Assembly: GCA_017501465.1 (NCBI GenBank)
Contig: JAFVWY010000018.1
Span: 146,748 to 210,747, forward strand
DNA from: Bacilli bacterium
GTDB taxonomy: Bacteria; Bacillota_I; Bacilli_A; ML615J-28; CAG-313
Length of the DNA stretch: 64,000 bases
Direction: 5' to 3'
Every line of letters begins with the position of its first letter. Positions within the stretch are counted from its first letter, which is position 1. Below are positions 40,351-50,862 of this stretch, piece after piece. Position numbers and translations under genes: made by a program. Below the pieces are notes generated by a model. That model was not told the origin of the DNA. It searched no databases and worked only from the letters and a program-made list of their open reading frames with translations.

Positions 40351-40566
40351 ATGACTTTAGAAGAAGTAAAAAAAGCAATAGAATACTTTAAATCAGAAGG
40401 AAGAACAGATGATGCAATTGTTGTAACATTTTATTTGATGTTTCAAGACAATAAAATTAGTGCAAATGAATTATCTGATTTACTTGGCTTAATTGGATAT
40501 GAGTTAAAAGATGAGTTTTTAAATTTATAACCTGAATAACAAAAACACATTTTTGATGAGAATTAG
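40351..40566 (+). pseudogene. Stand-alone copy of the same helical module, with in-frame stops
   Basis: MTLEEVKKAIEYFKSEGRTDDAIVVTFYLMFQDNKIS..LIGYELKDEFLNL*PE*QK. Confidence 0.55.
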
Positions 40567-40738
40567 GATCCATTAGATAATTTAATTGAAGAACTATATC
40601 ATTTGTGTTCATACAATATAATTGAAAAAAAATAATTAGAGAAAATTTTTAGAAATTTTAAATAAAAAATTTAATGAAAATTATTTAGAAAGATTTAAGA
40701 TAAAAAAAGAAAGAAAAAAATAAAGTGAGAAAATAGTT

Positions 40739-41305
40739 ATGAATAAAGAAGAAAATATTTTTGAAATATTTAAAATTAGAAAAAATGAAAAAACAGCATT
40801 TACTTTAAAATGTTTAAATTGTAAAAGAATTAAACTTGGTAAAGATTTAGAAGATAATCAATTTGATGATGATTTATTTGATGAAGATGATGACTTGATT
40901 GTAACAGGAATTGGGTATAGATTTGCACCACAATTATTTGAAAATCCTCCGTCTGTTGAACCAAATAATTGGGATTTAGTTGAATCTGAAGTAATCAGAA
41001 ATGAAGTAGATGATTTATTGGTAAATAAAAAAGGTAAATTTATTACAGATCTTGATGATGATTACGCTTATGGAATGAGAGTTTATTACTCAAAAAAAGA
41101 AATGAAAATATACAATTTACTAGATTTTAGAATTGAATATATTGAGGACAATAAAAAAGTAGTATATAGGCCTCCATACAAAGATAGTTTTGGAGAAAAT
41201 TTAATATTATTAGATAATGATGAAGTAGAAAATGTACCAGTTAAATGCCCAAAATGTGGTAAAATAATTTACCCATATGAAGAAATTGGAATTTGCTGGG
41301 ATTAG
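40739..41305 (+). CDS. Hypothetical zinc-ribbon protein
   Basis: CLNC near the N-terminus and CPKCG..GICWD at the C-terminus. Confidence 0.65.
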   Translation: MNKEENIFEIFKIRKNEKTAFTLKCLNCKRIKLGKDLEDNQFDDDLFDEDDDLIVTGIGYRFAPQLFENPPSVEPNNWDLVESEVIRNEVDDLLVNKKGKFITDLDDDYAYGMRVYYSKKEMKIYNLLDFRIEYIEDNKKVVYRPPYKDSFGENLILLDNDEVENVPVKCPKCGKIIYPYEEIGICWD

Positions 41306-41880
41306 TTGTTAAATAAAGCAGTTCGTAGAATAATAGATAATATTAATAAAGATTTAAGAGCAATAGATAATTTTGAAGGTAATCAAAGAAAAAGAGAGTT
41401 TTATGCAATGACTTCTGAAGCTGCTTATAATATTTTGGAAGGCATTGCTGAAATAAATGGATTAACTGAAAACTTGGTTTTAAAACAAAAAACAAAAGAA
41501 GATATTGTTGCTGAACAAATGGCTGAAGAAATTAGTGAATATTCTGAAGAAAAATTTGTTAATTCTAATCTAAATGTTAAAGAACTATATTACAAAATAA
41601 AAAATGAAATTTTATCTTTAGGACATATTATAGTCGAACCTAAAAAATTATATGTTGCTTTTAAACGCAATACTAATGTTTGTGATATTTTATTGCAAAA
41701 AAATAAAATTATTGTTTTTATTAATTTGAAAAAAGGAATGTTAAAAGGTCTAGAAGATCTTTGTCAAGATGTTTCAGATAAAGGACATTAGGGAATGGTG
41801 ATTATACTTATACAATAAGATCTCAAGAGGATATTACTTATTGTATTTATCTAATTAAACAATCGTTAAATGAAAATTAG
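41306..41880 (+). pseudogene. Chimeric remnant: T5orf172/GIY-YIG-like tail plus DUF5655-like domain
   Basis: RKREFYAMTSEAAYNILEGIAEI, then EPKKLYVAFK..DVSDKGH*GNGDY..LIKQS; TAG at 41789 replaces the Trp of GHWGNGD. Confidence 0.7.
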
Positions 41881-42120
41881 TGGTTTAGGCAGTCTGTATG
41901 ATTGCCTTTTTTTATATAAATTTTAAGAAATTATAGAAAAAATAACAAAACTTAATTCAGTTATGTTAAGAGAGTTTTTATTGAAGTTTGCGGATATGAT
42001 TGATAAAGAAGGTTTGAAGAAGGCAATACATAAAATTATTGAGTTGTTATAAATGTGACTTTAATGTCGTATAACTATTGAAAATAAACACATACTATTA
42101 TATGAATAAAACGAATAACA

Positions 42121-42189
42121 TAAAATCGTAACAAAATGTTACGATTTTAGGAATAAATTCTTGACTTTAATAATATAATTTGGTATAAT
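42121..42189 (+). promoter_or_regulatory. Palindromic operator plus sigmaA promoter
   Basis: taaaatcgtaaca-aaa-tgttacgatttta; TTGACT(42161)-17 bp-TATAAT(42184) with TG extension. Confidence 0.75.
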
Positions 42190-42206
42190 AGGAGTGTATA
42201 ATTTAT

Positions 42207-43592
42207 ATGAAGAGGAATCAAAAAATGAAAAATTTAATAGTTAAGCTAGATAGCATTAAAATGAATAATTTTAAAAATGTTTTGAAGAGTGAGATATCAT
42301 TTTCTGATAAGGGAAAAGTATTAAATACTGTTGGAATATATGGTCAGAATGGAAGTGGGAAGACTGCTGTCGTAGAAGCTATAAATATTTTGAAATCGTT
42401 ATTGATGGATATCCCTTTTCAAAAAGACTTATATTATTATATAAATATTTTAAATGATGAATTGTTATTAGAGTATAAATTTAATTTTAATAAGGATAAG
42501 GAAAAATACATTATTAAGTATTTAATTAAATTTGAGAGAGATTTTAGATTTAATGTTGAAAAGAATTTAGAAGAAAAAATTGCTATATTAACTAGAGAAA
42601 AAATAGAAATATTGGATTTGAATGAAAAAACATTAGGATATATTGACTTTAAAAAGGACAATAAAAAGTTTAGTATAAATTATGAAGATCTTAGTTTTGA
42701 AAATAGTGATGAAATCATAGCAAAGGATATTGCGATGGCAACTGCACACGTGTCTAATCAATTATCAAAAACAATGATATTTCAACAGATATTTAGAGAA
42801 AATATTAAAAAAAGTACCTTGTTTAAAACAGTGTTAAGAGGGATGAATTTTTATGCTATTACTAATTTATTTGTAATAGGAATGAAAGAAACTAGTCTGA
42901 TTTCTGCTGTTGATAATTTGCCTTTAAATATACGTACTTCTAATAATTGTAATACTATTGCATCTGGTACAGTACCATTAAATTTATTTGCTCCAACAAT
43001 TATTCCTAGTGTTGTATTAGAGACAATCACACCTGAACTTGATCAAATCAATATTGTTATGGGGCAACTTATTCCAGGAATAAAGATTGGATATAAAAAA
43101 ATAAGTGATGGTTTGGATAAAAATGGTAATTCAATTGTAACTATTCAATTGGTCTCTATTATAGGTGAATCAACAATACCTTTGAAATACGAATCAGAAG
43201 GTGTGAAAAAACTAATTGCATTATGTAGTGTTTTAATTGGAATGTATAATAATGAGGCTGTATGTTTGGTAATAGATGAGCTTGATTCGGGAATTTTTGA
43301 ATATTTATTAGGAGAATTAGTTAAAATTCTGCATAATGGTGCTAAGGGACAATTAATTTTCACATCTCATAATTTAAGATTATTAGAAGTATTACCAAAA
43401 CAATGTATAGTTTTTTCTACTACTAATCCAAAAAAATGTTTTATTAAAATGGCTAATGTAAAACCAAACCATAATTTGAGAGATTTTTATTATAGAACAA
43501 TTCTTTTGGGTGGCCAAAAAGAAGAGTTGTATGATGAGACTGAGGAATATGAAATAGAAAGGGCTTTTAGAAGATGCCAATCTCAAGTATGA
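42207..43592 (+). CDS. ABC-type ATPase (AAA_21/AAA_15, RloA/AbiLi-like)
   Basis: NFKN, IYGQNGSGKT, ESEG signature, VIDELDSG, QLIFTSH. Confidence 0.85.
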   Translation: MKRNQKMKNLIVKLDSIKMNNFKNVLKSEISFSDKGKVLNTVGIYGQNGSGKTAVVEAINILKSLLMDIPFQKDLYYYINILNDELLLEYKFNFNKDKEKYIIKYLIKFERDFRFNVEKNLEEKIAILTREKIEILDLNEKTLGYIDFKKDNKKFSINYEDLSFENSDEIIAKDIAMATAHVSNQLSKTMIFQQIFRENIKKSTLFKTVLRGMNFYAITNLFVIGMKETSLISAVDNLPLNIRTSNNCNTIASGTVPLNLFAPTIIPSVVLETITPELDQINIVMGQLIPGIKIGYKKISDGLDKNGNSIVTIQLVSIIGESTIPLKYESEGVKKLIALCSVLIGMYNNEAVCLVIDELDSGIFEYLLGELVKILHNGAKGQLIFTSHNLRLLEVLPKQCIVFSTTNPKKCFIKMANVKPNHNLRDFYYRTILLGGQKEELYDETEEYEIERAFRRCQSQV

Positions 43593-44302
43593 AAAAGTTA
43601 ATACTAATTATTGTTGAGGGAAGAAGCGATAGGGCTTACTTATACCCAATTAAAAAAATGGTAAAAGCTCGATCTAATAGCAGAATTGAATTTAAAGTAA
43701 CAAAAGGTGATATATTAGTACAAAAAGATACTGATAATACTAACATTGAAATCAAAGTTGGTGTTGCTGTTCAAGAATATTTAGATTTGTATGGCCTTCA
43801 ATATGATGACGTTAAACATGTTATACATATAGTTGATTTAGACGGTGTATTTATTGATACAAAGAAAATTAAAACAGATAGTTCTCTACCTAAAGGACAA
43901 ACTATATATTATAGAGATAAAATAACAAATGTAAATAGAAATAATATTATAAGAAGAAACAAGAAAAAGATTGATTGTTTAGATGTATTATATAATTTAG
44001 ACAAAATTAATTATGGTAATCAAGGAACAATTCCATACAGGGTTTATTATTTTTCTACAAATATTGATGATTATTTTTTTGGAGAACAGAATCTAACTGA
44101 CGAGCAAAAGGAAGCAAAATCAAATTTAATTTATGATAGGTATATTGATGATACTGAAGGATATAGAAATATGATTGAAGAAGATTTTTGCGCTCCTGGG
44201 AATTATATAGAAACATGGGATTATGCCAAAAAAGATAATAATTCTCTGAGTCGCTGTTCAAATTTTAATAAGTTTTTCACAGAAATTATTGATAAACTTT
44301 AA
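43589..44302 (+). CDS. TOPRIM-fold putative nuclease partner (RloB/AriB-like)
   Basis: LIIVEGRSD and HIVDLDG TOPRIM motifs; ATGA overlap with the ATPase. Confidence 0.7.
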   Translation: MKKLILIIVEGRSDRAYLYPIKKMVKARSNSRIEFKVTKGDILVQKDTDNTNIEIKVGVAVQEYLDLYGLQYDDVKHVIHIVDLDGVFIDTKKIKTDSSLPKGQTIYYRDKITNVNRNNIIRRNKKKIDCLDVLYNLDKINYGNQGTIPYRVYYFSTNIDDYFFGEQNLTDEQKEAKSNLIYDRYIDDTEGYRNMIEEDFCAPGNYIETWDYAKKDNNSLSRCSNFNKFFTEIIDKL

Positions 44303-44602
44303 TACTATATTAATGATGCTCAAATCTTATATGGGGTTTGAGCATTTTATACTACTAGAATTGAATACTATTGAGCTAAAGGTTTACACAAAATTGATTT
44401 TTATTTTTGAACAAAATTGCCTTTTGTGCCCACAAGTCAACCAAAACCTTCTAGAATAACTTGGAAGGTATTTTTTTATTACAAATTGATAAATAATCTT
44501 ATCATATAACTTAAATAAAGGCATAAATGCAGTAATTATATCATTTTCACTAATATTAACTTATAGGAAGGGAGTATCGAATCTTCAGAATTTTTGAAAA
44601 TG

Positions 44603-44677
44603 AAGAGCGGGGCCGCAATCTTCTTCATATGAAAATCAAACAATCAAAAATCAGTATCCAAAAATTCAGGGTGAATT
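44603..44677 (+). repeat. ~75 bp imperfect direct repeat, copy 2; right edge of the island
   Basis: aagagcggggc...aatcaaacaatcaaaaatcagtatccaaaaattcagggtgaatt matches 28983..29058. Confidence 0.85.
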
Positions 44678-44783
44678 GTATTTAGTTACAATAAAAATTC
44701 ATAAATTAGTTGCGTAAATATAATTAAAATAATATAATATATTTGAGTTATGAACTCGAGTATATAATGACATTGGAGGATTT

Positions 44784-45461
44784 ATGTCTAGACCATTTAA
44801 TCGAGAAAAAAATAAAACAAGAACTCTAGTTTTACATTCAGCAACTAAGTTATTTATTGAAAATGGATACACAAATACAAGAATTAAAGATATCGCAAAT
44901 GATTCTGGTGTTGGGTATAATGAAATATTTAGAATGTTTACTGATAAAGATAATTTACTAAGTAATTTAGTTGATTTGGTTATTGAACATCAATTTGAAA
45001 TGAGTAAGAATTATCTTAAGAGTTTAAGTGATGATAAGTTATTATTATATGTTTTTGAAAATGTCTTACAATTATATATTTGTGAGTTAAATGAAAACAT
45101 AAGAGAAATGTATGCGGTAAGTTATACAATGCCTAGTACATCACATAAAATATATGAATATGTTACAAAAAAGATTGAAAGTGTCTTTAAAAAATACTTA
45201 CCAGAATATGAGACTAAAGATTTTTATGAATTAGAAATTGCAACAGCTGGTATTATGAGAGGATTTATTATTAATCCATCTAATATGTATTTTACAATTG
45301 ATCGCAAGGTAAATAGATTTATTAAAACGATTCTTAAAATATATGAAGTACCAAAGGATAAGATTGATGAAATAATTAAAACAATTGAACAATATAAAAT
45401 GAAGGATTACGCAAAAGAGGTAATTTCTACTTTATATGAATATATTAGTACTAGAACATAG
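44784..45461 (+). CDS. TetR/AcrR family transcriptional regulator
   Basis: ATKLFIENGYTNTRIKDIANDSGV..FRMFTDKDNL. Confidence 0.9.
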   Translation: MSRPFNREKNKTRTLVLHSATKLFIENGYTNTRIKDIANDSGVGYNEIFRMFTDKDNLLSNLVDLVIEHQFEMSKNYLKSLSDDKLLLYVFENVLQLYICELNENIREMYAVSYTMPSTSHKIYEYVTKKIESVFKKYLPEYETKDFYELEIATAGIMRGFIINPSNMYFTIDRKVNRFIKTILKIYEVPKDKIDEIIKTIEQYKMKDYAKEVISTLYEYISTRT

Positions 45462-45469
45462 GAGGCTTT

Positions 45470-48400
45470 ATGAAAAAAATTTTTAAACAAGTTTTTACAT
45501 TTATATTATTTTTAGGAGTTCTATTATTATTCCAAAACAAATTATTTGTTTTAGCAGATACAGAACATGTTCATACTTATGATAATGGTTTTTGTGAATG
45601 TGGTGAATTAGAAAAACCTGAATATCTTCAACATTTAGGTACTGGTTGGATTGTTGATAATGCTGGTGAGTTAATATGGTATGTTAATCAGTATAATAGT
45701 GGTGAATCAAAACTTAATTTATATATTAAAAATGATATTACTCTACCTAGTGGATATAAGTGGGTTCCGCTTGGCACTACTGAACATCCTTTTGTTAAAA
45801 ACATCTATACAGTAAATGATGTAGAATATAAAATTGATTTAGGGGAACAAGTTATAAATACTTCTAATTATGGTTTAGTTGGTATTTTAGGTGATGGTGA
45901 AACCTCTTCATCTATAATAGAAAATATAAAAGTTTATGGTAATTTTACAATCTCTAGGTCAGTTGAATCTGTTGGTGCTTTTGTTGGTAGTGCAATTAAT
46001 CGATTAGATATTTTAAATTCATCATCATATGTTACTATGACTTTACAAGAAACTGGTATTGGTTCAATTAATATAGGTGGAGTTGTTGGTAAAAGTACAA
46101 AAGAACTAAATTTAAATAAGGTTGCAAACTATGCTAACTTAAATCTAAATGGTGCATATGAATCAGTTGGTGGCATTGTTGGATGTATGAGTGCTGGCGT
46201 TTTAACTGATGTTATAAATTATGGAAAAATAGAATCAAATACTGCAAAATATTTAGGTGGATTAATTGGTTCTATAAACTCAACAAATTTTAATTCGTTA
46301 GCTAATTGTGTAAACTTAGGAATAGTAAATGGAAAAACATTTAACATTTCATTTGATAATAATGACTATATCATGAATCCTGGAGATTTAGTTGGCTATT
46401 TAAATTCTAGTCTTATTAATTTTAATAATAACTATTATGTAAATGAATATCCATATGGTGTAGTTATTAATAACATTGTAATGAGTGATTCTAAAAAGAC
46501 AAATGATGAAGAAATCACTTCAGGTAAACTTACCTATTTATTACAAGGTGCTTATGGACAAAAACTAGATAATTTAAATGAAAACGAAGTTAAAGAAATA
46601 TATCCTGTTCTTGGTAGTGATATAGTATATCAAGTATATCATTGTGATGGAACAACAGTATTTTATAGTAACACTAATCAAAATTTAGATCATCATCATA
46701 AATATGAATCAAGTGAAAATGCTATTATCGTAACTTGTGAAAATTGTGATTACAAAAAATCAATTGAACTTGTTGTTTTAAATCCTCTTTATTATGACAA
46801 AACTGTTAAAGAAGTAACACTTCAAACAGATATTGAAGATTTTGACTTAAGTCAAATTGAAATAGACTATGATAAAGAAGTAATATTCCCTGGAACATAT
46901 CTTGCATCATTTACTTATCAGGGTTTAACAGCAAGCTTAGAGTTTGAAGTATTAAAAGGAATCCCTGATAAATCAATGTTAGAATTTCACCCATTAGAAG
47001 AAGATTTAATCTATGATGGAAATATTAAAGAAGTTAATTTATATACATCTTTAGAACCTGGTCTTGGTGAAATAATAGTTAGTTTTACTAAAAATGGAAA
47101 TGATGCCTTTTTATGTGAAGGTGGTATGTATGGTGTTATTGTTTCTTTAAAAGAAGGAAAATATTACCAAGCCCATCAGTTTAGTGTTTTAGATATATTT
47201 AATCTAATTACTATTAAGCCAAAAGAAATAACTTTGGAATGGACAAATAATATCTTGTTCTATGAAGAAGGTAAGAATATTTATACACCAAGTTATGTGC
47301 TTAAAGGCTTATGTTATCAAGATAAACCTATTATTAGTTTTTCTAATATAGGTGATGGTATTGGTACTTTTACAACAACTGTATCTTTAGTAAGTGATAA
47401 CTATATACTTGTTGGTGATAACTTAACAACTGAATTTACTGTTAAAAAAATACTTGTAGAAACACCCGTTATTGAACCTGTTCTTTACAAAGAAGGTGTA
47501 AAACAAATTGCTAATATTAGTGATACTGATTATTATATAGTTAAAGAAAACAACGGTGGAACTGGTCCTAATCCATATCCTATTGTTTTAGAATTAAAAG
47601 ATCCATCTAAATATACTTGGGAAACAACAGATAACCCAACCCTTACTATATTTTTCTATATTTATGCACTAGACTCAAATTGGAAAACATATCCTGTGAT
47701 TAGTGATTGGACTTATGGTGATGCACCAATTCTTCCAAGTTATGAAGTGAGTAATAGCTATTTAGATATTAAAGTAATGTATAGAGTTATGGGAGGCGTT
47801 TTTGCTAACACAATTCCAACTGAAGTTGGTGAATATGAAGTAATCTTTATAAGTGAAAAAAACGATGTAAGAGCATTCCCACTTGAAGATGTTATTTTAA
47901 AATTTAATATTAATAAAGCCGACCCTATTTGTGGAATTGATTCTTCCTTTACAATTGACTATGGCACAAAGTTATCAGATATTGAACTATTAGGTTTTGG
48001 TGATGGTAAATGGTCATTTACTACTGATATTAATAAAGTCTACCCATCAGGAGAACACCAAATTGGAGTAATATTCACACCTAAGAATAATAAAAACTAT
48101 AATGAGGTTACAAAAACAATTGCCCTTATTGTTAATGAAATTGAAGTAATGTTTGAAGAACCTACTAAAAAGGAAGGTTTAGTATATAATAATACTAATC
48201 AATTGTTAGTAACTCCTGGTAATGTTATTGGTGGGGATTTATACTATAAAGTAAATGATGGTAATTGGAGTATGGAATTACCTTCTAAAGTAGATGCAGG
48301 AATATATGAAGTCTCATATAAAGTAATAGGAAAAGATAACTATAAAGATATTGAAGAAAAAAGTTTTCTTGTTGAAATTAAAAAAGCAAATATTACTGTC

Positions 48401-48964
48401 GAAGCAATCAATCAAGAAATAGAACAATATCTACCACTTCCAAATCTTGAATACAAAATTACAGGGTTAATTAATAATGATATCTTAGATGTTAATATAA
48501 TCCTTAAAGTAACAATTAGTAATACTTTAACACCAGGAGAATTTGATATTACATTTTTTGAAGTGGTAAGTAATAACTATAATATTACTTATCAAAAAGC
48601 AACATTAACAGTATTGGAACATACTGTTTGCCTAGGTGGCATTGCAACTTGTACAAAAAAAGCAGAATGCGAAGTGTGTCATTAAGAATATGGTAATTTA
48701 TTAGATCATGTTTTTACAAACTATCAATATAATAATGATGCTACTAAAGAACATGATGGGACAATTACATCTAAATGTAGTCATTGTGATGAAACTAATA
48801 CACTAATACTTGCTAATACTAAGCTACCAAATACTGAGCTACCAAATACTTCTTCAAATACTGGATTAATTGTATCTATTAGTTTATTAGGAGGTATAAT
48901 TTTAAGTGTTGGTGTTTGTTTGGTATTGTATTTTAAAGTGATAAAAAAGAAAATTACTAAATAA
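45470..48964 (+). pseudogene. Large surface protein (signal peptide, GLUG-like repeats, MBG/Ig-like domains, C-terminal TM anchor) interrupted by a TAA at 48683
   Basis: Signal peptide and repeated GGxVG motifs; the frame stays open after the stop through EYGNLLDH..GLIVSISLLGGIILSVGVCLVLYFKVIKKKITK* and a terminator at ~48967. Confidence 0.8.
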
Positions 48965-49122
48965 GAAAAGAATCCATTTTAAATGGATTCTTTTTTATAT
49001 AAAATAATAATTTTTTAAGTGAATAAAATTGTAAACTTTTGTAAAAATTATAGTTTCTTTTTAATGAAATAATAATTCTTATATGTTATTATATATAGTA
49101 ATTATTTTATAAGAGGAAGAAT

Positions 49123-50862
49123 ATGAAAAACGCATTTAAACATATTTCTTGGTTTTTTAAACAAGAATGGAAATCTTATGTACTATGTCTAATATTGTTA
49201 ATCTTCGTTTCTGTTGTTCCCTTAATACCTGCCAAAGTATTAGGGATTGCGATTGATTCATTTTCTACTGGTACACTAACTTTAAAATCTTTAATAACTT
49301 TTGTTGTATTACTATTTTTATGTCCAATATTAACCTATGTTATTAATATCTTTTATCATTATACAATGATTAAATTAGGACATAAATTATCATTTCAATT
49401 AAGAGAAAAATATATATCCCATCTATTTGATATGGATGCTGAAATGTATGAAAAATATACTAAAGGTGATTTAATTAGTAGAGCAACTAATGATTTAAAT
49501 AGTCTTACTAATCTTGCCACTACTTTTTTAGAAAATGTCATTTTTTATACTATCACTATTATTACAGCTATTGTTATGATGATTTCTATTAGTCCAATTC
49601 TAACTTTAGCATCAGTTTCATTTATGCCGATTGTTATTTTCTTTTTAAATAAAGCAAGATTAGAAAAAAGAAAATATTATAAAAAGCATCATGAAATATA
49701 TGGAGAAATGACCGAAAGTGTTTTAGAATCAATTGAAGGGGTAAAAACTGTTAGAGCATATTGTTATGAAGATGAAGACTTTAAAAAGACCGAAAAGGCC
49801 ATTATTAATGATGTCAACTCTTGGTGGAAGATTCAAAAATTTGAATCTATCTTTACTCCTTTATTTGAATTAGTTTATGCTGTATCTTATTTTATAGCAA
49901 TCGGTTTTGGTACTTATTTAGTAATCCATGGCGATGTTTCAGCTGGTAGCTTAGTATCATACTTAGTTTATGTAGGTACATTGTATGGACCACTTATTGG
50001 ATTAAGTAATGTATTAAACATTACTAATAATATTGTGATTGCTGATCAACGTTACAATGAAGTAATGAACTTAGAACCTAATGTTAAAAACGATTTACAT
50101 CCTAAAAACATTATTAAATTTAATGAAATAACTTTTAACAATGCTAGTTTTAAATATCCATTTGATGATTTTGAAGTAATCAAAAATATTACTTTTTCAA
50201 TTAGAAGTGGAGAAACGATTGGAATTGTAGGACCAACAGGTAGTGGTAAATCAACTTTAATTCGCCAACTATTAAGAGAGTTTAATTTAACAAGTGGTGA
50301 AATTAAAATTGATGGAAACGACATTAAAGACTACAAAATTGAAGATATAAGAAATTTAGTTGGATATGTTCCTCAAAACCATATTTTATTTAGAAGAAGT
50401 GTTGATGATAATATTTTAATTGGTAATCCTGATGCCAGTAGCCAAGTTGTTCAAAAAGCAATGATTATGGCTGATTTTAAAAAAGACTTAGAAAATTTAA
50501 CTGAAGGGTCTCATACTATGGTGGCTGAACTTGGCGAATCACTAAGTGGAGGACAAAAACAAAGATTATCAATTGCAAGAGCATTAGTTAAAGATCCTGA
50601 AATTCTAATTCTAGATGATAGTTTAAGTGCAGTTGATGCCTTAACTGAGGCAAACATTATCAATCAATTAAAAGAATACAGAAAAGATAAAACTAATATA
50701 ATCGTTGCTCATCGTTTTAGTGCAGTAAAGAATGCTGATAAAATTATTGTCTTACAAAATGGAGTAATCACTGATATTGGAAGTTCTAAAGAACTTCTAA
50801 AATATGATAACTGGTATAAATTCCAATACTTAAAACAATTAAAAGGTGATATATATGAATAA
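49123..50862 (+). CDS. ABC exporter, fused permease/ATPase (YheI/BmrC-like)
   Basis: TM domain; GPTGSGKS, LSGGQKQR, LILDDSLSAVD, AHR. Confidence 0.93.
   Translation: MKNAFKHISWFFKQEWKSYVLCLILLIFVSVVPLIPAKVLGIAIDSFSTGTLTLKSLITFVVLLFLCPILTYVINIFYHYTMIKLGHKLSFQLREKYISHLFDMDAEMYEKYTKGDLISRATNDLNSLTNLATTFLENVIFYTITIITAIVMMISISPILTLASVSFMPIVIFFLNKARLEKRKYYKKHHEIYGEMTESVLESIEGVKTVRAYCYEDEDFKKTEKAIINDVNSWWKIQKFESIFTPLFELVYAVSYFIAIGFGTYLVIHGDVSAGSLVSYLVYVGTLYGPLIGLSNVLNITNNIVIADQRYNEVMNLEPNVKNDLHPKNIIKFNEITFNNASFKYPFDDFEVIKNITFSIRSGETIGIVGPTGSGKSTLIRQLLREFNLTSGEIKIDGNDIKDYKIEDIRNLVGYVPQNHILFRRSVDDNILIGNPDASSQVVQKAMIMADFKKDLENLTEGSHTMVAELGESLSGGQKQRLSIARALVKDPEILILDDSLSAVDALTEANIINQLKEYRKDKTNIIVAHRFSAVKNADKIIVLQNGVITDIGSSKELLKYDNWYKFQYLKQLKGDIYE

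Noticed and set aside
17141-41791. Possible TAG-to-Trp recoding, because TAG replaces Trp at 17141, 17551 and 41789
   Set aside because: TAG ends intact genes (751, 12461, 12914, 28512, 45461, 53691), intact genes use TGG, the tRNA-Trp has a normal CCA anticodon, and the affected genes are truncated anyway; G-to-A decay explains it
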